NCBI GenBank assembly: GCA_022340645.1
Contig: JAJDNP010000091.1
Coordinates: 1,673 to 65,672 of the forward strand
Length of the DNA: 64,000 nucleotides
Source: Gammaproteobacteria bacterium
Lineage (GTDB): Bacteria > Pseudomonadota > Gammaproteobacteria > SZUA-229
Direction: 5' to 3'
Position 1 is the first letter of the stretch. Every line of letters starts with the position of its first letter. Positions 41,202 through 50,791 of the stretch are shown piece after piece. The translations under genes and the position numbers were made by a program. The notes under the pieces were generated by a model. The model worked only from the letters and a program-made list of their open reading frames with translations. It was not told the origin of the DNA and searched no databases.

Positions 41202-42738
41202 TGCCAGTGAAGCTGTTCGCCTGCAAGAAGAAAACCAGGATCAGGACCAGCTAGAAACAACCATAGCGCTAACCCCGCAAATACTGCCCTATGCGTTTGC
41301 CAAGCGTCATGGTGTTTTAATCGGGCAAATTGAAGATGATGTAATCAATCTATTACATTATGACGCACCCGACCCGGTTGTGCTTGCCGAAGTCAGTCGT
41401 ATTACGCGACGTAAAATAAGATTAAGTACAATAACCAAAGATCAATTTAGCGCGCTGTTAGCTCAAACCTATGAGCAGGGAAGCGATCAGGCAATGGCAA
41501 TGATGGAGGGCGTTGGTGACGAGCTTGATCTGGATGAACTGGCTGAAACACTGGAACCCGAAGATTTAATGGAAGCGGATGATGATGCGCCGATCATTCG
41601 TTTAATCAATGCATTGTTAAGTGAAGCCCTTAAAGTCAATGCATCCGATGTGCATATCGAGCCGTTCGAAAACCGCCTGCGCATCCGTTTTCGTGTTGAT
41701 GGCATGTTGCGTGAAATATTACAGCCACCGGGTAACATTGCGCCATTAGTTATATCACGTATCAAGGTAATGGCAAAACTGGATATTGCTGAAAAACGGC
41801 TGCCTCAGGATGGACGTATCTCGTTACGTATTGCGGGCCGTGCCGTAGATGTACGTGTGTCTACCTTGCCATCGGGTTATGGCGAGCGAGTGGTGCTGCG
41901 TTTACTCGACAAACAGGCAGGACGACTTGACCTCGAGCAGCTGGGCATGTCGAAAAAAACATATGCCAGTTTTCATAAATTGTTGCATAAACCGCACGGC
42001 ATTATCCTGGTCACCGGCCCAACCGGCTCGGGTAAAACCACAACACTGTATGCCGGTTTAAGCATTCTCAATGACAAATCAAGAAATATATTAACAGTTG
42101 AAGATCCTATTGAATATTACCTCGATGGCATCGGGCAGACCCAGGTAAACACTAAAGTTAATATGACATTTGCGCGCGGGTTACGCTCTATCCTTCGCCA
42201 GGACCCGGATGTTGTGATGATTGGTGAGATTCGTGATATTGAAACCGCCTCAATCGCGGTACAGGCCAGTTTAACCGGCCACATGGTATTGTCTACTTTA
42301 CATACCAATAGTGCAGTCGGCGCGATTACCCGATTGCGCGATATGGGGGTTGAGCCGTTTTTACTGGCCTCGAGTTTGATCGGCGTGATGGCGCAGCGGC
42401 TGGTGAGAACGCTTTGCCCGCATTGTAAAAAGCCGCATAAAATTACCGAAAAGGAAAGTGAATGGCTGGGCCTGGATGAAAATGGTCATCAGGATATATA
42501 TAGTGCGGTTGGCTGCAACAAATGCAATCATTTAGGTTATACCGGGCGTACCGGTTTATATGAACTTATCATGATAGATCATACATTAATGAATATGATT
42601 CACGAAGGCGTTGGTGAACAGGTAATGGAAGATTACGCACGCACGCACTCACCCAGCATCAATCAGGATGGCAAGCGTATGATCCTGAAAGGCAAAACTT
42701 CACTGGAAGAAGTCTTACGTGTTAGCAGGGAAGACTAG
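41176..42738 (+). CDS. gspE: Type II secretion ATPase
   Basis: Walker A is GPTGSGKTT, and the tetracysteine motif CPHC...CNKC is present. The start is uncertain (41143, 41176 or 41188), and the gene overlaps the gspD end. Confidence 0.93.
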   Translation: MMTTMVSSNASEAVRLQEENQDQDQLETTIALTPQILPYAFAKRHGVLIGQIEDDVINLLHYDAPDPVVLAEVSRITRRKIRLSTITKDQFSALLAQTYEQGSDQAMAMMEGVGDELDLDELAETLEPEDLMEADDDAPIIRLINALLSEALKVNASDVHIEPFENRLRIRFRVDGMLREILQPPGNIAPLVISRIKVMAKLDIAEKRLPQDGRISLRIAGRAVDVRVSTLPSGYGERVVLRLLDKQAGRLDLEQLGMSKKTYASFHKLLHKPHGIILVTGPTGSGKTTTLYAGLSILNDKSRNILTVEDPIEYYLDGIGQTQVNTKVNMTFARGLRSILRQDPDVVMIGEIRDIETASIAVQASLTGHMVLSTLHTNSAVGAITRLRDMGVEPFLLASSLIGVMAQRLVRTLCPHCKKPHKITEKESEWLGLDENGHQDIYSAVGCNKCNHLGYTGRTGLYELIMIDHTLMNMIHEGVGEQVMEDYARTHSPSINQDGKRMILKGKTSLEEVLRVSRED

Positions 42739-42742
42739 AAAG

Positions 42743-42870
42743 CAGTTAATAACTAATAGTGAATAGCGAATAGTGAAAAACAGATTACAGGTATTTATAA
42801 CAAAAGATAACTGGCAAAAAGCATTTAACAGGTTTTTTACTGTTCACTATTCAATGTTCACTATTCACTG
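42743..42870. repeat. Unit-array hairpin, heptamer class (AGTGAAT), between gspE and gspF
   Basis: The 39-nt arms are CAGTTAATAACTAATAGTGAATAGCGAATAGTGAAAAAC and GTTTTTTACTGTTCACTATTCAATGTTCACTATTCACTG. By my count 30 of 39 positions are complementary. The loop is 50 nt. Confidence 0.8.
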
Positions 42871-42878
42871 ATCTCAAA

Positions 42879-44120
42879 ATGGCCGCATTTGATTACATTG
42901 CGCTGGACGCAAAAGGCAAAGAGCGTAAAGGCGTTATTGAAGGTGATGGTGCGAAACATGTTCGCCAGATGCTTCGTGATAAAGGCCTGGTGCCGCTTGA
43001 AATAACTGAAAGCCACAAAAAAGCGCAAAGCAAGCAGAGCGGTGGTAAAAGTAATGGGCCGAGCATATCGCGTTTTTTCCAGCGAGGCATCAGTGCAACC
43101 GAGCTTGCCCTGCTAACCAGACAGTTGGCTACCTTGATTCAGGCGGCGCTGCCTCTGGATGAGACACTTTCGGCAGTGGCGCAGCAAACTGAAAAACCAA
43201 GAATAAAAAGCATGCTGTATGCAATTCGCTCGCGTGTGATTGAAGGCCATTCGCTGGCTGCCGGTCTTGCTGATTATCCTAAAGTTTTTCCGGAGCTGTA
43301 CCGCGCAACCGTCGATGCTGGTGAGCAGTCAGGCCACCTGGATACGGTATTGGAGCGACTGGCAGACTATACTGAAAGCCGTCAGGAAATTCAGGGCAAG
43401 GTAAGGCAGGCGTTAATTTATCCCGCGTTTTTATCATTTTTTGCGATTGCCATAGTTGTTTTCATGATGACCAGTATCGTGCCGCAGGTGGTGTCTGTAT
43501 TTGAAGATACCGGGCAGCAACTGCCGGGGCTGACGATTTCTCTTATCGCAGTGAGCGACTTTGTTGTTGATTACGGCGTGTTTTTACTTGCTGTCGTCAT
43601 TGCGGCATTTGCAGGTTTCCGGGCGTTGTTAACGAAACCTGGTTTTACCATGAAATACCATTTGTTTTTATTCAGGCTGCCGATAATACAGCGGCTGGTG
43701 CGCGGTTTAAATGCCGCATTGTTTACCCGTACATTTAGTATTCTAAGCGGCAGCGGGGTAAATATTCTGCAGGCAATGAAGATCTCAGCCAAGGTCGTTG
43801 CTAATTTGCCGATGCGAGAAGCAATCCTGGAAGCCACGGATCGTGTACGTGAAGGCGTGACAATCAAGAATGCACTCGATCACAGCAAGTTATTTCCGCC
43901 GATGACATTGCAGCTTATAGCCAGCGGTGAAAACAGTGGCAAGCTGGATGAAATGCTGGAACGTGCGTCGGTACAACTGGAGCGCGAGCAGGTCACCATG
44001 ATTGCCTATATTGTTGGAATTTTAGAGCCGGTAATAATTCTGGCGATGGGTCTTATGGTGTTGTTGATCGTGCTCGGTATTCTGTTACCGATTTTCGATT
44101 TGAATTCACTGGTGAAATAA
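42879..44120 (+). CDS. gspF: Type II secretion inner-membrane platform protein
   Basis: 413-aa ORF with two GspF repeats and three TM segments. Confidence 0.93.
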   Translation: MAAFDYIALDAKGKERKGVIEGDGAKHVRQMLRDKGLVPLEITESHKKAQSKQSGGKSNGPSISRFFQRGISATELALLTRQLATLIQAALPLDETLSAVAQQTEKPRIKSMLYAIRSRVIEGHSLAAGLADYPKVFPELYRATVDAGEQSGHLDTVLERLADYTESRQEIQGKVRQALIYPAFLSFFAIAIVVFMMTSIVPQVVSVFEDTGQQLPGLTISLIAVSDFVVDYGVFLLAVVIAAFAGFRALLTKPGFTMKYHLFLFRLPIIQRLVRGLNAALFTRTFSILSGSGVNILQAMKISAKVVANLPMREAILEATDRVREGVTIKNALDHSKLFPPMTLQLIASGENSGKLDEMLERASVQLEREQVTMIAYIVGILEPVIILAMGLMVLLIVLGILLPIFDLNSLVK

Positions 44121-44130
44121 AAACGTATAT

Positions 44131-44298
44131 TACCGCAGAGGCGCGTAGACGCAGAGATTTGTTTTCTTGCTTCATCGGTGACGTAGGTTCGAATTTATTC
44201 GGACGAAACGGTCGCATTCTTGCAAATTTGTGCGAATAAATTCGCACCTGCACCATATTTGTTTTTCAAATAAAAAACTCTGTGTCTTTGCACTAATA
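44131..44298. repeat. Composite element: CAGAG-class outer arms with a degenerate nested GGTTCGAATTTATTCGGAC inverted repeat
   Basis: The outer arms are TACCGCAGAGGCGCGTAGACGCAGAGATTTG and AAAAAACTCTGTGTCTTTGCAC. The inner repeat pairs ACGTAGGTTCGAATTTATTCGGACG (44181-44205) with TGTGCGAATAAATTCGCACCTGCA (44229-44252). Confidence 0.8.
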
Positions 44299-44311
44299 CA
44301 TCCAGTAACTA

Positions 44312-44854
44312 CTAGAAAAATTGCATTACCAGCCGTTTTAAAAACATCAAACCAATCAGTGCAATCAGGGCGGACAGATCGAGACCGCCAACCGGCGGTA
44401 GATGTCTTCTGATAGGCTGCAATACTGGCCAGGTCAGGCTGTTTAACAGGGTGCTTATCGGGTTGTAAGGGTCCGGATTTACCCAGCTTAAAATTGCCTG
44501 TACAAATATGGCAACGATAAAGATGTCGAAGCTAAGGGATATCAGGTCACGCAGACTGGTAACCAGCAGCTGTAAGCCGTTCAGTGGATAACCTGCAATA
44601 CTGAATAAAAGCGCGAGTTTTATAATGATCAGTGCTGCCACCAGCACGAGTGTGGCGGTGTCTATATTTCTGACACTGGGAATAAAGCGCCGGGCGGGCG
44701 ACACCAACGGCTGCGTCGCTTTAACTATGAACTGCGAAATAGGGTTATAAAAATCAGCGCCGACCTGTTGCAGTAAAAATCGCAGCAGCATGATAGCGAT
44801 ATAGATACTGAACAGCGTGTCTATCAGAAAGATAAATGGATTGTCCTGATTCAT
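44312..44854 (-). CDS. yggT: YggT-family membrane protein
   Basis: 180-aa ORF with duplicated YggT repeats. It lies downstream of proC, as in Pseudomonas. Confidence 0.8.
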   Translation of the reverse strand: MNQDNPFIFLIDTLFSIYIAIMLLRFLLQQVGADFYNPISQFIVKATQPLVSPARRFIPSVRNIDTATLVLVAALIIIKLALLFSIAGYPLNGLQLLVTSLRDLISLSFDIFIVAIFVQAILSWVNPDPYNPISTLLNSLTWPVLQPIRRHLPPVGGLDLSALIALIGLMFLKRLVMQFF

Positions 44855-44896
44855 CTGCGTTGCCTGTTAATATTTCCAGTTAATATAGTTATCAAT

Positions 44897-45736
44897 TTAG
44901 TCCGAGCCAAGTTCGTCGGCAAGTGACTTTGACCTGTTATTTGCTGCCACAAGCGCGTTCAACACAATCTCATGAAAATTTGCGGCCTGAAAGCTCAATA
45001 TAGCCTGCTCGGTTGTGCCGCCTTTGGATGTGACGTTTTGACGTAATTCAGCAGGGGATAAATGACTTTGCGTCGCCATGCGTGCGGCACCCAGTGCTGT
45101 CTGTAAAACCAGCTGCTGTGCAATGTTACCAGCTAAACCTAATTTTTCGCCAGCCAGTTGCATGGCTTCCATCAATAAAAAGAAGTAAGCCGGGCCGCTG
45201 CCTGAAACGGCAGTGACAGCGTTAAGCTGCTCTTCATTTTCAACCCAGATTACAATGCCGGCAGCCTGCATGATTTGTTCCGCCTGTTGCTTTTGCGAGT
45301 CAGTGACTAATGCATTGGGAAATAAACCCGATGCGCCGCACTGTAACAAGGCAGGAGTGTTTGGCATGCAGCGAACAATCGCGTAGCCTTTAAATTGATT
45401 AAAACTATGGTTACCCGTGAGCCAGCGATTTATATCTGTGCTTCTAACCCCGGCGGCAATGGAAATAAAGAGTGATTGACCGGCTTTGCTGGTATCGAGT
45501 TGCTGGCATACTGTTTTTAATATCTGCGGTTTGACGGCGAGGATAATTATTTCACAGTTAACTGCTTCATTGTTGTCTGCACGGGCATTGACATTAAATT
45601 GCTCTGTTAGCTGCTGGCGGCGCTTTGCGTCAGGTTCTGCGACGGTAATGTTCGATGCGGAAATGCCGCCGCTAATCAGTCCGCCGATGAGACTGGCAGC
45701 CATATTGCCTCCGCCGATAAATCCAATTGTGGGCAT
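44897..45736 (-). CDS. proC: Pyrroline-5-carboxylate reductase
   Basis: 279-aa ORF with IGFIGGGNMA and SKGGTTEQA. Confidence 0.94.
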   Translation of the reverse strand: MPTIGFIGGGNMAASLIGGLISGGISASNITVAEPDAKRRQQLTEQFNVNARADNNEAVNCEIIILAVKPQILKTVCQQLDTSKAGQSLFISIAAGVRSTDINRWLTGNHSFNQFKGYAIVRCMPNTPALLQCGASGLFPNALVTDSQKQQAEQIMQAAGIVIWVENEEQLNAVTAVSGSGPAYFFLLMEAMQLAGEKLGLAGNIAQQLVLQTALGAARMATQSHLSPAELRQNVTSKGGTTEQAILSFQAANFHEIVLNALVAANNRSKSLADELGSD

Positions 45737-45998
45737 TTGTGTTTTACACCGGGTAATCTCTTAATTGGGCGGGATTTTAACATACTCACTATCAATACAC
45801 GGGTTTACTCTAGCGGGAGCGACAGTAAGCTCCAAATTATTTGTAGTCGTTCAATACATTCTCATGATTTAACCGGTAGTGCCAGATGAGATTAAAAATA
45901 ATAATGAAATATCCGCAAAATACGGTAAGTAAGCAGAATTTTAACTATAAATAAGGATGTCAAAAATAATTCAGAACCGGTAATTTACGGGGGAATTC

Positions 45999-47033
45999 AT
46001 GGATATAGCTCAATTACTTGCTTTTAGTGTAAAAAATGGGGCATCGGATTTGCATTTATCAGCGGGCTTGCCGCCAATGATTCGTGTTGATGGTGATGTG
46101 CGGCGTATAAATCTCGATCCAATGGACCATGAGCACGTACATGGCATGGTCTATGACATCATGAATGATAAGCAACGCAAGAGCTTTGAGGAATATCTGG
46201 AAACCGATTTTTCGTTTGAAATACCGGGTCTGGCACGTTTTCGCGTGAATGCATTTAATCATAATCGTGGTGCTGGTGCGGTATTTCGTACTATCCCGTC
46301 CAAGATACTGACACTTGAACAACTAGGCGCGCCGAAGATCTTTGAAAATATTGCAGATACACCACGCGGTATGGTGCTGGTAACCGGGCCAACGGGTTCC
46401 GGTAAATCAACCACACTTGCGGGCATGGTGAATTATGTTAATGAAAATCATTATGGCCATATCCTCACTATTGAAGATCCAATCGAGTTCGTACATGAGA
46501 GTAAAAAGTCACTGATAAACCAGCGTGAAGTGCATCGTGACACATTAGGCTTTACCGAGGCACTGCGCTCGGCACTGCGTGAAGACCCCGATGTTATTCT
46601 CGTTGGTGAGATGCGAGACCTCGAAACTATTCGGCTCGCACTGACTGCAGCTGAAACCGGTCACCTTGTGTTTGGTACTTTGCATACCAGTTCAGCGGCA
46701 AAAACGATTGACCGTATCGTCGATGTATTTCCAGCAGCGGAGAAAGAAATGGTAAGGGCGATGGTATCTGAATCACTGCGTGCGGTTATTTCTCAGACGC
46801 TGCTGAAAAGAATCGGCGGCGGCCGTATTGCTGCACATGAAATTTTGATTGGTACGTCTGCCATTAAAAATCTTATCCGTGAAAATAAAATCGCACAGAT
46901 GTTTTCTGCAATACAAACAGGCCAGTCGCTCGGTATGCAGACGCTGGACCAGAATTTACAGGAATTGCTGAACCGCGGCTTGATATCAAAAGCGGACGCC
47001 CGTAAGAAAGCCGCTAACAAAGATCTTTTTTAA
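45999..47033 (+). CDS. pilT: Type IV pilus retraction ATPase PilT
   Basis: 344-aa ORF with Walker A GPTGSGKST, ILTIEDPIEF, TLHTSSA and the PilT-specific AIKNLIRE motif. Confidence 0.95.
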   Translation: MDIAQLLAFSVKNGASDLHLSAGLPPMIRVDGDVRRINLDPMDHEHVHGMVYDIMNDKQRKSFEEYLETDFSFEIPGLARFRVNAFNHNRGAGAVFRTIPSKILTLEQLGAPKIFENIADTPRGMVLVTGPTGSGKSTTLAGMVNYVNENHYGHILTIEDPIEFVHESKKSLINQREVHRDTLGFTEALRSALREDPDVILVGEMRDLETIRLALTAAETGHLVFGTLHTSSAAKTIDRIVDVFPAAEKEMVRAMVSESLRAVISQTLLKRIGGGRIAAHEILIGTSAIKNLIRENKIAQMFSAIQTGQSLGMQTLDQNLQELLNRGLISKADARKKAANKDLF

Positions 47034-47128
47034 CAGACTTCATAAACAGGGTTGATAATTACTTAATGTATTGAGTTTTTTATATTATGAGTTCAGGTGT
47101 TAACAAGTTGTGCAGTGGGGTGATCTAG

Positions 47129-48292
47129 GTGGAAAGAGATAAAGCGATAAAATATTTGCACGACCTGCTGCGTTCCATGGTACAGAAGGGCGGCTCTGAT
47201 CTGTTCATTACTGCAGGGGCTCCGCCATCTATAAAGGTGGACGGTGATGTGACACAAATATCCGGTCAGGTGTTAAGCGATCAGCATACCCGGGTACTGG
47301 TTAGCGCAATTATGAATGACAAGCAACGATCAGAGTTTGAAGAAACACAGGAATGTAACTTTGCGATCAGCTTACCAGGAGTTTCACGATTTCGTGTTAA
47401 TGCGTTTGTACAGCGTGGTTCAGCCGGTATTGTACTTCGTGTAATCCGCTCCGAGATCCCGGTATTCGAGGATTTAAACCTGCCGCCAATCTTAAAAGAT
47501 ATTTCAATGACCAAACGTGGTCTGGTAATTTTTGTCGGTGCTACAGGTTCTGGTAAATCTACTTCGCTGGCGGCGATGGTCGGTTATCGTAACCGCAACA
47601 GTTTTGGCCATATTATCACCATTGAAGACCCCATAGAGTTTGTTCATGATCATGCAAACTGTATCGTGACACAGCGTGAAGTAGGTGTTGATACGGATAA
47701 TTATGAAATTGCACTGAAAAACACATTACGCCAGGCACCCGATGTAATTTTGATTGGTGAGATTCGAGATCGCGAAACAATGGAGCACGCGATTGCTTTT
47801 GCTGAAACGGGACATTTGTGTTTATCGACACTCCATGCCAACAGCACCAATCAGGCCCTGGATCGTATTATTAACTTTTTCCCGGAAGACCGCCGGCAAC
47901 AGCTGTTGATGGATTTATCATTGAATCTGAAAAGTGTGATTTCACAACGCCTGATCCCGGCGGCATCAGGCGATGGGCGTCTGGCTGCGGTTGAAGTCAT
48001 GATTAATTCACCGTTAATGGCGGACTTGATATTTAAAGGTGATATTCAGGAAATGAAACAAATAATTGCAAAATCTAATGAGCTGGGTATGCGGACATTT
48101 GACCAGGCGTTATTCAAATTATATAAAAAAGGCCAGATAACTTACGAGGATGCGTTAAGAAATGCTGATTCAGTTAATGATTTACGTTTGAGGATTAAAC
48201 TGGAGGGTAATGATTCACATCGTCAGGACTTAATGGAAGGGCTGGATAGTATTTCGATGCAGGAGCCTGAGGAAAAAAATGCACTTCGCTAG
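47129..48292 (+). CDS. pilU: PilU-type PilT-family ATPase (GTG start)
   Basis: 387-aa ORF with Walker A GATGSGKST, IITIEDPIEF and TLHANS. It lacks the AIRNLIRE motif. Confidence 0.9.
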   Translation: MERDKAIKYLHDLLRSMVQKGGSDLFITAGAPPSIKVDGDVTQISGQVLSDQHTRVLVSAIMNDKQRSEFEETQECNFAISLPGVSRFRVNAFVQRGSAGIVLRVIRSEIPVFEDLNLPPILKDISMTKRGLVIFVGATGSGKSTSLAAMVGYRNRNSFGHIITIEDPIEFVHDHANCIVTQREVGVDTDNYEIALKNTLRQAPDVILIGEIRDRETMEHAIAFAETGHLCLSTLHANSTNQALDRIINFFPEDRRQQLLMDLSLNLKSVISQRLIPAASGDGRLAAVEVMINSPLMADLIFKGDIQEMKQIIAKSNELGMRTFDQALFKLYKKGQITYEDALRNADSVNDLRLRIKLEGNDSHRQDLMEGLDSISMQEPEEKNALR

Positions 48293-48348
48293 TCATGTAA
48301 GCAAACAGGCGCTGTGGAACAAAACGAGAATAATAAAGAGATAAACTG

Positions 48349-49473
48349 ATGAACTTGCAACCGTATTTACAGTTAATGTCTGAACAGCAGGCATCAGATA
48401 TGTATTTCACAACGGGTGCGCCCGTGAGTGTTCGCATCGAAGGCGTTATGCGCCCGGTTGGAAAAAGCATGCTTAATCCCGGCATGACGAAGAAGCTTGC
48501 CTACGATCTGTTAACGCCCACGCAGATTAATGACTTCGAAAAAAATCTCGAATTAAATCTGGGCGTTTCATATACCGGCCTGGGAAGGTTTCGCATAAAC
48601 GTATATATGCAACGCGGTGAAGTATCTATGGTAATCCGCTACATAAAAGCGGACATCCCTGGGATTGACGAACTTGGTTTGCCTGAAATTTACAAATCCA
48701 TGATCATGCGTAAAAAAGGGCTGGTTCTCGTGGTTGGCGCAACCGGCATGGGAAAATCGACTTCGCTGGCTTCCATGCTGGATCACCGCAATATGACTGA
48801 ACACGGCCATATTCTCACAGTTGAAGACCCTATTGAATTTATGTTCCGTCACAAAAAAAGTATCGTTAGTCAACGTGAAGTGGGCCTTGATACCCTGTCA
48901 TTTGATAATGCCCTGCGTGAAGCAATGCGTGAAGCACCCGATGTTATTATGATAGGTGAAACACGCGACAGGGAAACAATGGAAGCAGCGTTACGTTACG
49001 CTGACACCGGGCATCTATGTTTAACGACATTGCATGCAACCAATGCCTATCAAACGCTGGACCGCATGTTGAATTATTTTCCTGGCGATGATCATAATCA
49101 GGTTTTAATGGATATGTCACTTAATTTAAACTGCGTTCTGGCGCAACGGCTGGTTAAGGCAGAGGATGGCAGCCGCGTCGTGGCCATTGAAGTAATGGTG
49201 AATACGCCTTATATCAGCAAGTTGATCCGTGATGGCAACTTCCATGAAATTAAGGATGTGATGGAAAAAGGTAGTGATGCAGGCATGATAACGTTTGATC
49301 AGTCTTTGCTTGAGTTATACAAGGCGGGCAGGATTAGTTTAAAAGCTGCTTTGGTTAACGCAGATTCCAGCAGTGAACTTGAATGGAAGATTAATTTTGG
49401 CGGCGCAGTAAATGAAACACAAAATATAGAACATGACAGCCAAACATTAGAGTTTCCCGACAGTTCAGTATGA
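48349..49473 (+). CDS. Third PilT/PilU-family ATPase paralog
   Basis: 374-aa ORF with the variant Walker A GATGMGKST, ILTVEDPIEF and TLHATN. It looks more like PilU than PilT. Confidence 0.85.
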   Translation: MNLQPYLQLMSEQQASDMYFTTGAPVSVRIEGVMRPVGKSMLNPGMTKKLAYDLLTPTQINDFEKNLELNLGVSYTGLGRFRINVYMQRGEVSMVIRYIKADIPGIDELGLPEIYKSMIMRKKGLVLVVGATGMGKSTSLASMLDHRNMTEHGHILTVEDPIEFMFRHKKSIVSQREVGLDTLSFDNALREAMREAPDVIMIGETRDRETMEAALRYADTGHLCLTTLHATNAYQTLDRMLNYFPGDDHNQVLMDMSLNLNCVLAQRLVKAEDGSRVVAIEVMVNTPYISKLIRDGNFHEIKDVMEKGSDAGMITFDQSLLELYKAGRISLKAALVNADSSSELEWKINFGGAVNETQNIEHDSQTLEFPDSSV

Positions 49474-49486
49474 GCGGATAACAGTT

Positions 49487-50791
49487 TCAGACGGGCTGCC
49501 TGGATGTGGATTTATTAAACAGCAAACGGCCGTTTATTATAGTGTGTTTAACCTTGCCCTGAAAATTCCAGCCGAGAAACGGTGTATTCTTGCCATGACT
49601 GTTTATATCAAAAGTCGTTAGTTGCCAGTCGCAATTGTTATCAAATATGCAGATATCCGCATTTGCACCTACAGACAGTTTTCCGGCATTAATCCCGAGA
49701 ATAGTTGCAGGTGAAAATGTGATTTTATTGATTACCTCATCCAGCCTTAACGATGTCTGCTGCGAAAGGCGTATGCATAACGGCAGCAGGGTTTCCAGTG
49801 ACGATATACCGGCCTCAGTGCTGGCAAAGGGCGCCTTTTTGGCATCAACATCATGAGGCTGGTGATCGGAACATATGGCATCGATGGTTCCATTCGCAAC
49901 TGCCCTGATTAAAGCTTCCTGGTCGCGTTGCGTGCGTAGCGGGGGGATAACATGGCAGGTGCTGTTGAAACTGCTGATGTCGTGTTCAGTCAGGTGTAAC
50001 TGGTGAGCACTGACATCGGCGGTGACTGGCAGGTGTTCATTTTTCGCACGATAGATTATTTCAGCACCCTGTGCGCTTGACAGACGCCCGAAGTGCGCGC
50101 TCACACCGGTTTCCGCAATCAGTTCCAGAGCGCGTGTTATGGCAATGGTTTCTGCGGACACAGGTATGCCTTTCAATCCCAGCCGTGTGGCTATTTCTCC
50201 GTCGTGCGCGCAACCGCCGGCGCTTAACCAGTGATCATCAGGCTCGATAAACACGCGCATGTCAAAAGTTGCTGCGTAGGCGAAAGTGCGTTTCAGTATT
50301 AACGAGTTTTCAATCGGTCTGCGGCAATTACTCAAACCGACACAGCCTGCCTGCTTTAAGGCGTTTATCTCACTTAAGTGCTCACCACGTAACCCGGCAG
50401 TTAAAGCGCCTAATACGACAACCTTGCTGTGGGCGGCATTTGCTGTTTTCTGATGGATCAGCTCTACGACCGACGGCTCATCGATAACCGGAATGGTATC
50501 CGGCGGGCAGCATAATGTTGTAATACCTGCCCTGGCGGCTGCAATGGTTTCGCTATAGATGGTTGCCTTGTGCTCCAGTCCCGGTTCGCGTAATCGGGCA
50601 CAGCAATCGACCAGTCCCGGGATGACAGTTAATTTCGCAGCATCTATTGTCCGGCTGCCGTCGACAGCGGTAATGGTGTTGGCTGGTTTAATGGCAGCGA
50701 TTTTCCCGTTTTTTACAAATATGTCTGCGCGCTGGTTTATGTTATTTGCCGGATCAATCAGCTGCCCGTTTTTAATCAGCAGGCTGTTCAT
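49487..50791 (-). CDS. pyrC': Dihydroorotase-like protein lacking the HxH metal ligands (PyrC'-type)
   Basis: 434-aa ORF. GLVDCCARLREPG stands where active enzymes have D-x-H-x-H-LREPG. The start overlaps the pyrB stop by 1 nt. Confidence 0.85.
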   Translation of the reverse strand: MNSLLIKNGQLIDPANNINQRADIFVKNGKIAAIKPANTITAVDGSRTIDAAKLTVIPGLVDCCARLREPGLEHKATIYSETIAAARAGITTLCCPPDTIPVIDEPSVVELIHQKTANAAHSKVVVLGALTAGLRGEHLSEINALKQAGCVGLSNCRRPIENSLILKRTFAYAATFDMRVFIEPDDHWLSAGGCAHDGEIATRLGLKGIPVSAETIAITRALELIAETGVSAHFGRLSSAQGAEIIYRAKNEHLPVTADVSAHQLHLTEHDISSFNSTCHVIPPLRTQRDQEALIRAVANGTIDAICSDHQPHDVDAKKAPFASTEAGISSLETLLPLCIRLSQQTSLRLDEVINKITFSPATILGINAGKLSVGANADICIFDNNCDWQLTTFDINSHGKNTPFLGWNFQGKVKHTIINGRLLFNKSTSRQPV

